This document shows, piece after piece, positions 39,739 to 50,139 of a stretch of DNA of 64,000 nt (the first letter of the stretch is position 1; the number at the start of each line of letters is the position of its first letter). The notes below the pieces were generated by a model that saw only the letters and a list, made by a program, of their open reading frames with translations, ran no database searches and was not told where the DNA came from. The stretch lies in sequence record DRR723986_1848; one strand, written 5' to 3'. The position numbers were made by a program, and so were the translations under genes.

Positions 39739-40643
39739 TCATGACATCCAGTGAGAGATATTCAGGGCATGAGTCCTTTGTGTGTAGGTTCGGTTGGCTT
39801 ACTAAAATCCATCGAGCAATTCAAAAAGATTCTTCGATTCTGAGAAATGATGATCTGGCGATTCAAACACTTGGAATTGGCCGAAATATGGTCAAATCTT
39901 TGCAGTTTTGGGCTGAATCGACAGGAGTAATTAAAGCCAATGGGGAGGGTGGTCATCAGTCTGGGCCACTCGGACAATTGTTGCTCAGCGCCGATGGCTG
40001 GGATCCGCACTTGGAGTCTCTAGAATCGCTTTGGCTTGTTCATTGGGCAATAAGTTCGAAAGCAAATTTGGGTGCTTGGAACTTGGTATTTGGTGAATCC
40101 AAGCTGACTCGTTTTGAGAGAGAACGATTAATTTCCGCGTTAAATCAACGAGGTTCGACGGGAACCAAAACCTTGGCTACTAGTACCCTTGAGCAGCACA
40201 CTTCAATATTCATTAATAGCTATCTTGCCACCGTTAGAAATGGGGACGATACCTCTTGGTGTCCGCTGCAAGATCTGGGTATTCTTAAAGCATCAAAAAC
40301 AGAGGATGGTCGCATAGTTTTTAACACAGAACTTTCGTTGCCAATTGGATTGAGCCCGCGGGTATTTGCGATTGCCTTGATCGACTACATTGGAAACGTC
40401 AGCAATGGCGGCTGGACTGTAGATTTCAAGGAAGTTTTGAAAGGTAGTTTCAGTCCAGGCCTAGTTTTTCGTCTAGATGAGTACAGGCTAAGAGATTTGA
40501 TTCAAGTATGTGTTGATGAGTTATTGAAGGACGAGTTGACGTTTGTAGATACAGCAGACACTCAAAGTTTGGTGTTAAGGCCTGGGAATTTGACCTCGCA
40601 GTATCAGGTTTGGAGCGATGTGGAGAGACATGATTATGCATAA
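39735..40643 (+). CDS. DUF4007 protein, SspB-like
   Basis: SGHESF..RFGWL.K, LGIGRNMVKSLQFW, DPHLE...SLWLVHW, CPLQDLG and DTADTQ motifs. Confidence 0.82.
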   Translation: MIMTSSERYSGHESFVCRFGWLTKIHRAIQKDSSILRNDDLAIQTLGIGRNMVKSLQFWAESTGVIKANGEGGHQSGPLGQLLLSADGWDPHLESLESLWLVHWAISSKANLGAWNLVFGESKLTRFERERLISALNQRGSTGTKTLATSTLEQHTSIFINSYLATVRNGDDTSWCPLQDLGILKASKTEDGRIVFNTELSLPIGLSPRVFAIALIDYIGNVSNGGWTVDFKEVLKGSFSPGLVFRLDEYRLRDLIQVCVDELLKDELTFVDTADTQSLVLRPGNLTSQYQVWSDVERHDYA

Positions 40644-43600
40644 AAAAATAATTGACCAGATTCCCCTTTCTAGCTTGCACACCAGATCTATTTCACTTGA
40701 TCGAGACCTTCTGGAACCGATTGCTTTAAAGAACTATGTAGTCACTCCAAACAGCCTTTCAGCCCTACAGATCATAAGTAGCGGTTTGTCATCGGGGCAG
40801 GCCCAACGAGCATGGAAAGTTGTGGGGCCTTACGGAAGCGGGAAGTCGGCATTTGCTGTATTGCTTGCTCAATTGTTAGCGGGAAAATCAAACTTCCCGG
40901 TGGCAGCAAAGACAGTAAGCTCGATAGCACCCAAAGTGGCTAAAGGTTACGTGAACTGCAAAAGGCTTCCTTTGGCGGTTGTCGGGTCGAGAGTTTCATT
41001 TGGAACCGCTTTTGCTGCGTCGATTGCTAAGGTAGTTGAGGGATTCGGACGAGGTAAATCTGTACTGAAGATTCGAAAAAGATTGGATCTAATTGCTGGT
41101 ACTTATGAAGGGGTTCCTTTTAATTCCGCTGTTGGCGATATGGCTTTGGATTTGTCGGCCGCAGCCCAATCTGAAGGGTATGAGGGAGTAATTCTTTTAA
41201 TCGACGAGGTTGGTAAGTTCGTCGAATACGCTGCACTGTATCCAGAACATGGCGATTTGATTGCGCTCCAACAGATTGCGGAGTGCGCGTGTCGAGTAGA
41301 AGACAATAGTATCGCAGTGGTAGCCATGCTGCATCAGCATTTCGCAAGTTATGCGGCTGGAGTTGGCCGTTCGCTAGGAGATGAGTGGCATAAGGTGGCT
41401 GCACGATTTGAGGAAATTGCATTTGATGAGCCGGTTGAGCGATACGCTCAGTTTGCGAGTCAGGCTTTCAGTGCGGGTGATCTGAGTCAAGAAAGGCAAA
41501 TTGTCACTGCTGCTCGTAAGGAATATGCGCGAGCTGTAAAACAAAATATTTTGAGAGCACCAACTTCTGTTGAGAAACTGTTGTTTGACAACGCCGAATC
41601 GCTTTTTCCTTTACACCCGATGTCGCTTGCAGCTGCCGCTACTATTTGTAAGAGATATGGACAAAGCGAACGTTCATTCCATGCATTTTTGTATGGTGGT
41701 GAATTGTTTGCTGTGCGTGATTTTGCGGAGCGCACTGATATATCTGCGAGGTCTTGGTATCGGATCCAGGATCTCTATGATTATTTGATTCAGGGAAACG
41801 CACTTCGATTCAGGGAGTTAGATACTGAGCGGAGATGGACCTTCGCGAAAGAGATGATTGAGCAACACTCTGGTGAGAGTTTTGGTTGTTCGTTGCTCAA
41901 AGTAATCGCCGTCTTTGAGTTGGTTAAATCAACTCTTGGTTTAAAGGCGGACTCCGCCACATTAGGCTGGGCTTTAGGTGAGTCGAATATTGATCTGGTC
42001 GAGGCCCAGTTAGCCAAGTTTACTGAACTAGGAATCTTGATTAAACGATATAGCTCTGCGGAATATGCATTCGCAGTTTCAGGGGCTGTTAATGTTGAGG
42101 CGTTGTATGAAAAGGCCGCTCGATCACATGAGAATGATTGGGCCGTCAAAGGCATCACAATTGCTCTTGCGCAAAAGCTAATTGTTGCGAGTCGTCATTA
42201 TGATCAAACCGGAACAATTCGCACCATATCAACTTTGGTCGGTACCTTGGACAATTGGCCACAAATTCCCTCACTTCGGGACGACACGGCGCGACCAGAT
42301 GCATGGATAAAGCTGATCTTGATTTCGGCTGACACTACCCAAGCCAAGGAATGCGAGTCACGCTTTTCATCTGAAGAAGAGCCTCTCGTGGTAAATAGTT
42401 ATTTGAAGCTAACTGCGCAGGGTCGGGCTGCTCTGTCTGAGTATGCAATTTGGTCTTCAATTTTGGTTGAAATTAAAGCCAAGAGTCTGGATCCGTGGAC
42501 TACTCGATATGTCAGTTCTCGAGTCAATAAAGCGAGTGAGGATGTAGAGGTTTTGGTTTTGTCTGAGTTGATTCCTGCTGGAATCAAAGAAGGCCCATCC
42601 TATTGGCATCGTGGTTCTAAAATCGAAAATAGTTCCATGATGAATCCAAGCCAGATCGCCTCTTGGTTGTTTGATCGTGTTTACCGTAAAGCACCGACGA
42701 TTGTTAACGAGTTGATCAACAAGGATCGACCTGCATCAGCCATTGTTCTAGCACGTCAACGTTTATTTGAGTTTTTGCTCGCCGAGGAGAAAACGAAAAG
42801 GCTCTGCGAAGAGCATGAATACCCACCGGAACGCTTGATTCACACGTCACTGCTTAAGCAAACAGGAATTTGGTGTGAGTCGGGCTCAGCATGGATGTTA
42901 GTCAATCCACCTAAACTGGACAGTTCCAACAATCTATCGGCGGTTTGGGACGAGATTTCTGCCCTGCTTAAACGACCGCAATCTATTAGTTTCCTTGAGT
43001 TGCTCACATCACTTGCGGCACCACCGTTTGGTGTACGCAATGGACCTGCGGGTATTTGGGCTGCGCTTTATCTGATCATCAATAGAAAGAGATGCGCAAT
43101 CTTCGAGCGCGGCTCCCTGGTGTTGGAACTGACTCCAGAGCATCTGATGCGTATGTACAAAAATCCTCATACGTTCGAGGTTCGAGAGTTGGCAGGTGAG
43201 GACGAGAGTAAGAGGCTCATTTCCGATTATCAGGAAGTTTTCTCGTCAATTGGTTGCCAAGTACCCGCTGAGCCATCTTTCCTGGAGATGACCCGGGCAT
43301 TGTATCGTTGGTTTATTCGATTGCCCGATTTCTCCAAGTCCACTTTGCGAATTGGCAAGGATGCTGCGATTGTGAAAACAATTCTGAGTAAGGCTGTAGA
43401 TCCAATTGCATTGTTGACAGATACCCTTCCGCGGGCGCACAAGGACTCTAAGTCTAAGATGGCTTTCAAAAAATGGCTCGTTGATGCACTTACAGATCTT
43501 GGTATGGCACACAGACGTTTGCAAGATGAGGTGGCCAGCGAACTCAGCAAAGGATTTGGTATTACTGGTCCATTGCAACGGATTCGTGCTCAATTGCAGA

Positions 43601-44073
43601 AAGAATGTAGTCGAGAGGCATCAACACTTGCTGATGCTGATCTCAGAAGTTTCATTCTGCGTTGTACAGATGTGGTGTTGACTGATGAAAAATGGTTGAA
43701 CTCGGTGGCGAGCTTGATAGCCCATCGTCCGTTGGATTCTTGGCATGACGATACGTTAGCTAAGTTCCAAGAAGAATTGACAGAGCTTTGTGGACGCTAT
43801 CGTCGCTGGATGCAACTGGTAATGAAGCGTGGTATCGCACCGAAAGCTGCCGAAAGATTCGTGGGCTTAACATTAACGATGCCTGGTGGCGATGAGTCGC
43901 AAATTTTTGCTGCCTGTACTGATGCATCTGATGCGATAGCGAGAAATGTTATGAAGTTGATAAATGAGTCCTCAGGCGTCAATACTGAGTTGGCAGAGGC
44001 CGCGCTTGCCCAAGCGTTGTTGCAAATTCAGTTAAATAAAACATTGAAATCCCAAGAGGTAAGCAATGGCTGA
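40630..44073 (+). CDS. Large P-loop ATPase, SspC-like
   Basis: RSI.L.RD; Walker A GPYGSGKS; Walker B ILLIDEVGKF.EY; FPLHP...GQSERS; PPFGVRNG. Confidence 0.78.
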   Translation: MIMHKKIIDQIPLSSLHTRSISLDRDLLEPIALKNYVVTPNSLSALQIISSGLSSGQAQRAWKVVGPYGSGKSAFAVLLAQLLAGKSNFPVAAKTVSSIAPKVAKGYVNCKRLPLAVVGSRVSFGTAFAASIAKVVEGFGRGKSVLKIRKRLDLIAGTYEGVPFNSAVGDMALDLSAAAQSEGYEGVILLIDEVGKFVEYAALYPEHGDLIALQQIAECACRVEDNSIAVVAMLHQHFASYAAGVGRSLGDEWHKVAARFEEIAFDEPVERYAQFASQAFSAGDLSQERQIVTAARKEYARAVKQNILRAPTSVEKLLFDNAESLFPLHPMSLAAAATICKRYGQSERSFHAFLYGGELFAVRDFAERTDISARSWYRIQDLYDYLIQGNALRFRELDTERRWTFAKEMIEQHSGESFGCSLLKVIAVFELVKSTLGLKADSATLGWALGESNIDLVEAQLAKFTELGILIKRYSSAEYAFAVSGAVNVEALYEKAARSHENDWAVKGITIALAQKLIVASRHYDQTGTIRTISTLVGTLDNWPQIPSLRDDTARPDAWIKLILISADTTQAKECESRFSSEEEPLVVNSYLKLTAQGRAALSEYAIWSSILVEIKAKSLDPWTTRYVSSRVNKASEDVEVLVLSELIPAGIKEGPSYWHRGSKIENSSMMNPSQIASWLFDRVYRKAPTIVNELINKDRPASAIVLARQRLFEFLLAEEKTKRLCEEHEYPPERLIHTSLLKQTGIWCESGSAWMLVNPPKLDSSNNLSAVWDEISALLKRPQSISFLELLTSLAAPPFGVRNGPAGIWAALYLIINRKRCAIFERGSLVLELTPEHLMRMYKNPHTFEVRELAGEDESKRLISDYQEVFSSIGCQVPAEPSFLEMTRALYRWFIRLPDFSKSTLRIGKDAAIVKTILSKAVDPIALLTDTLPRAHKDSKSKMAFKKWLVDALTDLGMAHRRLQDEVASELSKGFGITGPLQRIRAQLQKECSREASTLADADLRSFILRCTDVVLTDEKWLNSVASLIAHRPLDSWHDDTLAKFQEELTELCGRYRRWMQLVMKRGIAPKAAERFVGLTLTMPGGDESQIFAACTDASDAIARNVMKLINESSGVNTELAEAALAQALLQIQLNKTLKSQEVSNG

Positions 44074-44893
44074 AACAAAGAAAGTTAGGCATATTTTGAG
44101 TCTCTCCGGCGGAAAGGACAGTGCCGCATTGGCCATTTACATGCGCGATCGAGTGCCTGAAATGGAATACATATTCAGCGACACAAATAAAGAACTTCCC
44201 GAGACTTACGAGTATTTGGAGAGAATCTCAAGCTATCTTGGTAAGGAAGTTATTCGTCTCAACGCCGATGTAGGTTTTGATCATTGGTATGAAATGTATG
44301 GAGGAATGATCCCTTCTAATCATCGGAGATGGTGTACTAGAGCTCTGAAGCTAAAACCATTTGAGCAGCATTGTGGGAACGATGAGGTGATCAACTATGT
44401 GGGTCTGAGGGCGGAAGAAAATAGAAGCGGTTACATTAGTCACAAATCCAATATCAAGGCGGTTTATCCATTTAAAGAAGACGGGCTTGTGCTAAGGGAT
44501 ATTGAGGCAATTTTACGTGAGTCGGGTGTTGGTATGCCTCCATATACAAAGTGGGGTAGAACGCGTTCAGGCTGTTATTTTTGTTTCTATCAACAAAAAA
44601 TTGAATGGGTTCGACTGAAAGAGACCTATCCTGAGTTGTATGACAAGGCCAAGGAATACGAAAGGCCCTATGAGAAAACTGGTAACTTTTTCACTTGGAG
44701 TCAAGGCGAAAGTCTAGTTGAGATGGAGCAGCCTGAGCGCGTTGAACAGATTAAGCGTGAGCACATCATTCGCATTGAAAGAATCAAGGCTCGAAAGGAA
44801 AACACAACGTTATTGGAAATTTTCGCTGATGCTGAAACAACTGAGGAGCCTGATGATGATGACGATCAGGGGTGTTTGGTTTGCCAACTTTAA
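44066..44893 (+). CDS. PAPS reductase family protein, SspD-like
   Basis: PP-loop SGGKDS; RWCT..LK; RSGCYFCFYQ; C-terminal CLVC. Confidence 0.85.
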   Translation: MAETKKVRHILSLSGGKDSAALAIYMRDRVPEMEYIFSDTNKELPETYEYLERISSYLGKEVIRLNADVGFDHWYEMYGGMIPSNHRRWCTRALKLKPFEQHCGNDEVINYVGLRAEENRSGYISHKSNIKAVYPFKEDGLVLRDIEAILRESGVGMPPYTKWGRTRSGCYFCFYQQKIEWVRLKETYPELYDKAKEYERPYEKTGNFFTWSQGESLVEMEQPERVEQIKREHIIRIERIKARKENTTLLEIFADAETTEEPDDDDDQGCLVCQL

Positions 44894-44905
44894 GGTGGTT
44901 TTCAA

Positions 44906-47287
44906 ATGTCATTTGTAATTACAGCCAGGACAATTCTACATCTTGGTTCAGATCTAATTTCATCAGATGCCGTTGCGATTTATGAGCTCATAAAAAACGC
45001 AATTGATGCGAAATCAAAGAATGGTGTTGATGTTAGTTTCGATATTGTGATTCGTCAGTCTGATTTCTCTTTTGCGATGAGTACGACAACTGATCCTGAT
45101 TTTGATTTGGAAGCCGCTAAGCAATCTTTTATTGGAAAAATACTACCGGAAGCAAGGCCTGAGCTTAGAAAAATGTTTCTTGATTCAGTACAAGGGGCAG
45201 AAACAAAGGATGATCTACGTAAACGTGTGCTGCTGGCTTACCGCGATAGTAATCGCATTATTGTCAGCGATTCGGGCCATGGAATGACTCGTGACGAGTT
45301 AAAAAGTATTTATCTGACTATTGGAACTATTAGTAGGGCTAAAGCTGTTCGAGAAGCTGTGCGGACAGGTAATGATAGTGCTCCCCCATATCTTGGTGAA
45401 AAAGGAGTGGGTCGTCTCGCTGTAATGCGACTGGGATGGAAGGTACATATTGAGACTGTAACAAGCAAAGAGAAAGTCACCAACGTTCTAGAAATTGATT
45501 GGAAGCGTTTTGAGGAGGCGGATGATGCTGCTGTATCGACAGTAGAGTTAAATCCAGTAGCTGGGAATGAGAAAACAGGTGATGAGTCATTTACTCGAAT
45601 TACGATCTCAGATCTCAGATCTAGCTGGTCAATATCACGACTTAACCAAATAGCGCGAGAACAAATAGCCCGGATGATGGATCCTTTTTCTTGGGAGGGG
45701 AGAAGATTCCAGATTCGTCTAAGTATAAACGGAGTTCCGATTCAACCAGTACGGCAAATTGTTGATGAGCTCTTGCAAAATTCTCATGCCAAGTGTGTCG
45801 GTAAGTTTTACTTGAATGGCGGACGACCAGCATTAACCGCTAAAGTTGAGTCCTCGTTGTATCTGGGGGATACGAAAGAGCTAAATTTTGATTTGGTGGA
45901 TCTGATGGGTATGGTTGGGCTTAGAGAGTCAGGCTTACCGAGTTCTGTTTTGCGATCCATAGGACCGTTTACCTTCGAATTGTATTGGTTTAATAGACAA
46001 AGACTGCGTGGTATTCCTGATGTGGGCGATCGAAAGGCTGTATCAGATTTGGTGAGAACCTGGGCTGGCGTTTGTTTGTTTCGGGACGGCTTTAGAGTTC
46101 TACCATATGGTGACCCAGGCGATGACTGGTTGGGCCTAGATATAACGGCACTGGCGTCAAGTGGTTACAAGCTAAACACTAAACAGATTATTGGCCGAGT
46201 AAATATTGGTCGAACGACAAATCCCTGTCTTCTAGATCAAACAAATAGACAAGGTCTACTTGAGACTCCTGAAAAGGAAGTTCTGGTTACTCTGATGCGC
46301 AGTCTGGTCTCGAGCTGGTGGCACGACTACCTGAATGAAGCTTCGCAGGCTCAGAAGCGAAAAGAAATTCGATCTTTCGATCCCACTGTTGAAGGAAATA
46401 CGGTCGAGGCTTTGGAGTTGCGTGCGACCCAGTCATTGAAAGATATACGTACTCAATATTCGGGCGAAGCTCAGTTACTTCGAGATGTGAGAGACGCATT
46501 TGCAGAGGTAAAGGAAGCTCACCAAAGGGCAGTTCAGCGAATATTAACAATCGAAGAGGAGAAGGAGCGTTTGACGCAGTTAGCGGGTGTAGGTCTGATG
46601 GTCGAAGTTATAGCTCATGAGCTAACTCGAGCTACGGAGCTTACTCAAGCGACGCTCAAAGATATCGGGCATCGAAAGATCGATTCCGACGTTGCCTCGG
46701 CGTTCCGCACTCTCGGCGAGCAAATTAAGGTAATTCAGAAGAGACTACAAACTCTGGAACCTCTCTCAATCACAGCACGTTTTCGACGCTCTAAGATGCG
46801 TCTCTTTGACATAGTTAAATATGTGATTGAAGGTCACTCCGCGCAGTTTGCTAGACATGATGTTGATTTTCGGTGGATGGAGGGATCCGAACATGACGTT
46901 GTTGCATTCGTAATCGAAGGGCATATAGTTCAAATACTTGAGAACCTGATTAACAATTCCATATATTGGCTTGACACAGAAAAAAAAGACTTTCCGTCAC
47001 TTCATGCACAAATCAATCTAGGAATTTACAGCAACCCACCTCGTATTATCTATTCTGATAACGGACCAGGAATACCGCCAGGCCGGAACCAATTGGTATT
47101 TGAACCATTTTTCTCAACAAAGAGTGGCATGAAGGCAAGACGCCAGGGCCTTGGTCTTTATATAGCTCGGCAAAATGCGGAAGCTTTAGGTGGCTCAATT
47201 GAGCTTGTTCAGCTTGGTAGTGTGCGTGAAAATCGTTACAACACTTTTCAATTAGATTTAAAAGAGGGGCCTAATGAGTCTGAGTGA
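44906..47287 (+). CDS. MORC/GHKL ATPase fused to a histidine kinase
   Basis: First GHKL set ELIKNAIDA, DSGHGM, GEKGVGR; RDGFRVLPYG; then H-box IAHEL and a second set ENLINNS, DNGPGI, FEPFFSTK, GLGLYI. Confidence 0.85.
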   Translation: MSFVITARTILHLGSDLISSDAVAIYELIKNAIDAKSKNGVDVSFDIVIRQSDFSFAMSTTTDPDFDLEAAKQSFIGKILPEARPELRKMFLDSVQGAETKDDLRKRVLLAYRDSNRIIVSDSGHGMTRDELKSIYLTIGTISRAKAVREAVRTGNDSAPPYLGEKGVGRLAVMRLGWKVHIETVTSKEKVTNVLEIDWKRFEEADDAAVSTVELNPVAGNEKTGDESFTRITISDLRSSWSISRLNQIAREQIARMMDPFSWEGRRFQIRLSINGVPIQPVRQIVDELLQNSHAKCVGKFYLNGGRPALTAKVESSLYLGDTKELNFDLVDLMGMVGLRESGLPSSVLRSIGPFTFELYWFNRQRLRGIPDVGDRKAVSDLVRTWAGVCLFRDGFRVLPYGDPGDDWLGLDITALASSGYKLNTKQIIGRVNIGRTTNPCLLDQTNRQGLLETPEKEVLVTLMRSLVSSWWHDYLNEASQAQKRKEIRSFDPTVEGNTVEALELRATQSLKDIRTQYSGEAQLLRDVRDAFAEVKEAHQRAVQRILTIEEEKERLTQLAGVGLMVEVIAHELTRATELTQATLKDIGHRKIDSDVASAFRTLGEQIKVIQKRLQTLEPLSITARFRRSKMRLFDIVKYVIEGHSAQFARHDVDFRWMEGSEHDVVAFVIEGHIVQILENLINNSIYWLDTEKKDFPSLHAQINLGIYSNPPRIIYSDNGPGIPPGRNQLVFEPFFSTKSGMKARRQGLGLYIARQNAEALGGSIELVQLGSVRENRYNTFQLDLKEGPNESE

Positions 47288-49277
47288 ACTCTTTGTCAAG
47301 CGCGGAATCGTCTGTGCGCATATTATTGATGATGCTTTCGATACCCTGCCATCGTACGCTATGGGGCCAGACGAAGCTCAAGCTGCGCTGGAAAACTTTG
47401 AAGAAGAGGACTTTAACAATATTTGCAAAATTCTCAAGTTGAAGTCTTGTGATGAGGACGGCATACGAAAGTCCTTACAGGATATCCAAAGTATCCATGA
47501 ATTATTCAAAAAACGAGCTTCCCTTACAGAAAAAGCCTCGGGAATATTGTTCAATTCATTTGATAAAGAGACTGCAGGGAAGGTAGAGCTCGTTCAACCA
47601 CTTGTGAATTTGTTGAAAGATAACGGTGTTAATTGCCATTGTTTTGGTGTGGATTATTTACCTAAGGGTGTAGATGCCCCACAACTTTTATTCATTGACT
47701 TGAAGTTAAAAGAAGGTGCTAAAAGTGATGTAACACATGTGGATGCAGTTAAGGTATTTAAATCTCTATCGACTGTGCACAAAGATTGCAAGCCATTTGT
47801 TTTTCTGATGTCTTCCCTTAAAACAGTACTCCCCGAGAAACGTGAATTATTCCGGCGCGATGCTGAGTTATTTCAGTCTGAATTTGAAGATCTAGACAAG
47901 GCAATTTTCACAAATGGAGATGAGCTTTCTCGGGTTTTAGGAAGTTATACTCAGTCATTAGAACTCCTCGGTGATCTCCGTGACAAGATGAAGGCTTTTC
48001 AGGGCGGGATAGAAGGAGCCGCTAAGAAAGTTATGCATCAACTTCGCGCACTTGATTTAGCCGATTATTTCGTTCTTTATCACAATACGATAGCAGTTGA
48101 AAAAATCAAACTTGGCTCTTATGTTGTTGAAATGTTGCTGGAGTTTTTGGCTCACGAAGTTGAAGGACAGGGTGAAGTTTGGGATTTAGCGAGGTCTCTC
48201 GATCAATTAGAGTTGAAGGACTTGCCGCGAGCTCGTTTTGGAGTTACGCATGCAGTATCTCGACTGTATTCCGCAAATATGATGCATTCGGAAGCGATGC
48301 TCCGTTCTGAAGAAGCTGCAAAAGAGGGGCCGGCACAGGGTTACTTTTTTACTGGTGATATTTTCGTTGATGCGCAAGCATTTAATTTGTCCATTCCAGA
48401 CAGAGCTTATGCAATAGTGACGCCAGCATGTGATCTGGTTAGACCTGAAAAATTGAAGGAACGTACATTGCTAGTTTGCGAGGGAAGTGTTCGGGCAGTT
48501 AACCCCGGGTCGTCCACATTGATTGCAAAAGACGGTCTGCCAATTACAGTTATGAATAATTTACGCAATACGGATCAGTTTATAGCAATTGAATGGAACA
48601 AAAAAAAGCTTCATACCTGGCATGAGGCCGAACAGTTAAAGTTTTCCGATCCTTCACAATGTTCGCTGGTACGTGTAGGTCGACTTAGATCTACCTACGC
48701 ATTGCAATTGCAGCGAGCGATCACATCTGATCTTAGTCGAGTTGGCACACAAAGGCCACCAAGTGCATTAGTACCTCATCAACTTCGGTGTTTCGTATCA
48801 GATAGTATAAAATGGCATGAAGTTTACTTTGATCTGAATACTGACGCAGCTGCGCTCACAGATTCAGAGAGTAGCGGAAAAAAGCACACATTGTTTGTGT
48901 TGACAGATTCGACTATTCACAAGGTTTTTATTAAGATTGATGCATGGATCAAGAATAATCCTAACGTTGTTAATAAAGTCTCGATTGAAAAAATATTGAA
49001 AGACGATGTTAGAAACGCATTACGTGGGTATAAGCAAAAAGTACCTCAGCCTAAGAAACCAGGCGATAAAGTCGACGTGACAGCCTATCCATTAGAGGTT
49101 ATTTGGACAGGAGTAGACCAGAAATTAGTCGCTATGACTCGGGCGGGTTCCGGATCGATATACTCACAAATCGCAGATGGTCATACTGTAAACGGTACCC
49201 AGAATACTTGTGTTGTATTTAAACTGGAAGTGCCTTCGGAACCTACGGAACAAGTCGCTACTCAGAACCCGGCCTAG
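47274..49277 (+). CDS. Receiver-like domain protein with an uncharacterised C-terminal domain
   Basis: AHIIDD, LLFID and FLMSS receiver-type strands; C-terminal TGDIF...VTPACDL...RLR..YA.QL......SRVG; overlaps the kinase stop. Confidence 0.62.
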   Translation: MSLSELFVKRGIVCAHIIDDAFDTLPSYAMGPDEAQAALENFEEEDFNNICKILKLKSCDEDGIRKSLQDIQSIHELFKKRASLTEKASGILFNSFDKETAGKVELVQPLVNLLKDNGVNCHCFGVDYLPKGVDAPQLLFIDLKLKEGAKSDVTHVDAVKVFKSLSTVHKDCKPFVFLMSSLKTVLPEKRELFRRDAELFQSEFEDLDKAIFTNGDELSRVLGSYTQSLELLGDLRDKMKAFQGGIEGAAKKVMHQLRALDLADYFVLYHNTIAVEKIKLGSYVVEMLLEFLAHEVEGQGEVWDLARSLDQLELKDLPRARFGVTHAVSRLYSANMMHSEAMLRSEEAAKEGPAQGYFFTGDIFVDAQAFNLSIPDRAYAIVTPACDLVRPEKLKERTLLVCEGSVRAVNPGSSTLIAKDGLPITVMNNLRNTDQFIAIEWNKKKLHTWHEAEQLKFSDPSQCSLVRVGRLRSTYALQLQRAITSDLSRVGTQRPPSALVPHQLRCFVSDSIKWHEVYFDLNTDAAALTDSESSGKKHTLFVLTDSTIHKVFIKIDAWIKNNPNVVNKVSIEKILKDDVRNALRGYKQKVPQPKKPGDKVDVTAYPLEVIWTGVDQKLVAMTRAGSGSIYSQIADGHTVNGTQNTCVVFKLEVPSEPTEQVATQNPA

Positions 49278-49326
49278 AGAAAAATGCCAGATTGTATTGT
49301 TGAAATTTCATGGATTAAGCTTTTGG

Positions 49327-49854
49327 TTACAGATAGACACCATAACGAATGGCGGATAGCAGATTGGATATCACCTGCTGGCCCACCACGGTATCAAAGT
49401 AATCTGCAGGACGATGGCCACCCAAGGCGTCATTGTGACTAAATGCCCAAGTTCCGAGCCACTCGGCGGCATCAAATCCTTCAGGATCGCCACACTCCTC
49501 AACAATATTTTTTACTTGTCCTATTAACAAGTGAATTCCAATGATCTGGTTAGACAGACTTTTTTTCTGACTGGGTGAGCCTCTAGACTTGATTGAGTAG
49601 GCCAAAGAAAGAGAGATGCCGAGACTGTGGGACAAGTTAGCCAAACTGACTCCCATGGCTTGGGCAGTTTCATAAAAATACCCAGCAGGGATTCCAGCTC
49701 TGATCAACCCAACGCGCTCTACTAGAGTGGTTTTGTAGACAGAACTTATGTAGTTGGCAAATTTATCTTTTTGAGGCGATGAACTCGACAATTTTGACTC
49801 CACAAATTTCCTTAGACTTATTGGCCAATGTATCCTAGGCACTTGAAAAAACAC
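49327..49854 (-). CDS. Xre/MbcA/ParS-type antitoxin (DUF2384), orphan
   Basis: ERVGLIRAG.P...GDPEGFDAAEWL..W.....ALGG.RPADYFDT..G; true start uncertain. Confidence 0.75.
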   Translation of the reverse strand: MFFQVPRIHWPISLRKFVESKLSSSSPQKDKFANYISSVYKTTLVERVGLIRAGIPAGYFYETAQAMGVSLANLSHSLGISLSLAYSIKSRGSPSQKKSLSNQIIGIHLLIGQVKNIVEECGDPEGFDAAEWLGTWAFSHNDALGGHRPADYFDTVVGQQVISNLLSAIRYGVYL

Positions 49855-50139
49855 AGCGATCGAGCCGCTAAGTGGCCGGCACGTAATGTTGTTTTTAGGT
49901 GAGTTAGATCGGTTATGACTAAACTGGCTCTCAAACCTTGACGATCCTTATGTGCATAGTGCGGGGCAGACAGGGCTACGTCGCTAGCTTAGCGAGTCCT
50001 CGTAAGGATTGCTATTGAAGTTTTATGGACGAACTAGGAGTGGCGCTGATTGAAGTTTTTCAAGTTTCAAAAATCCGATCCTAAACTTGAGCGATTTCTC
50101 ACTGGATTGATTTTTCGAATCAAATGATTTAATGTTCCG

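Noticed and set aside
39735-44893. BREX type 4 or Dnd system
   Set aside because: No PglZ, BrxL or DndB/D/E-like genes are recognisable; the three-gene order fits SspBCD better.
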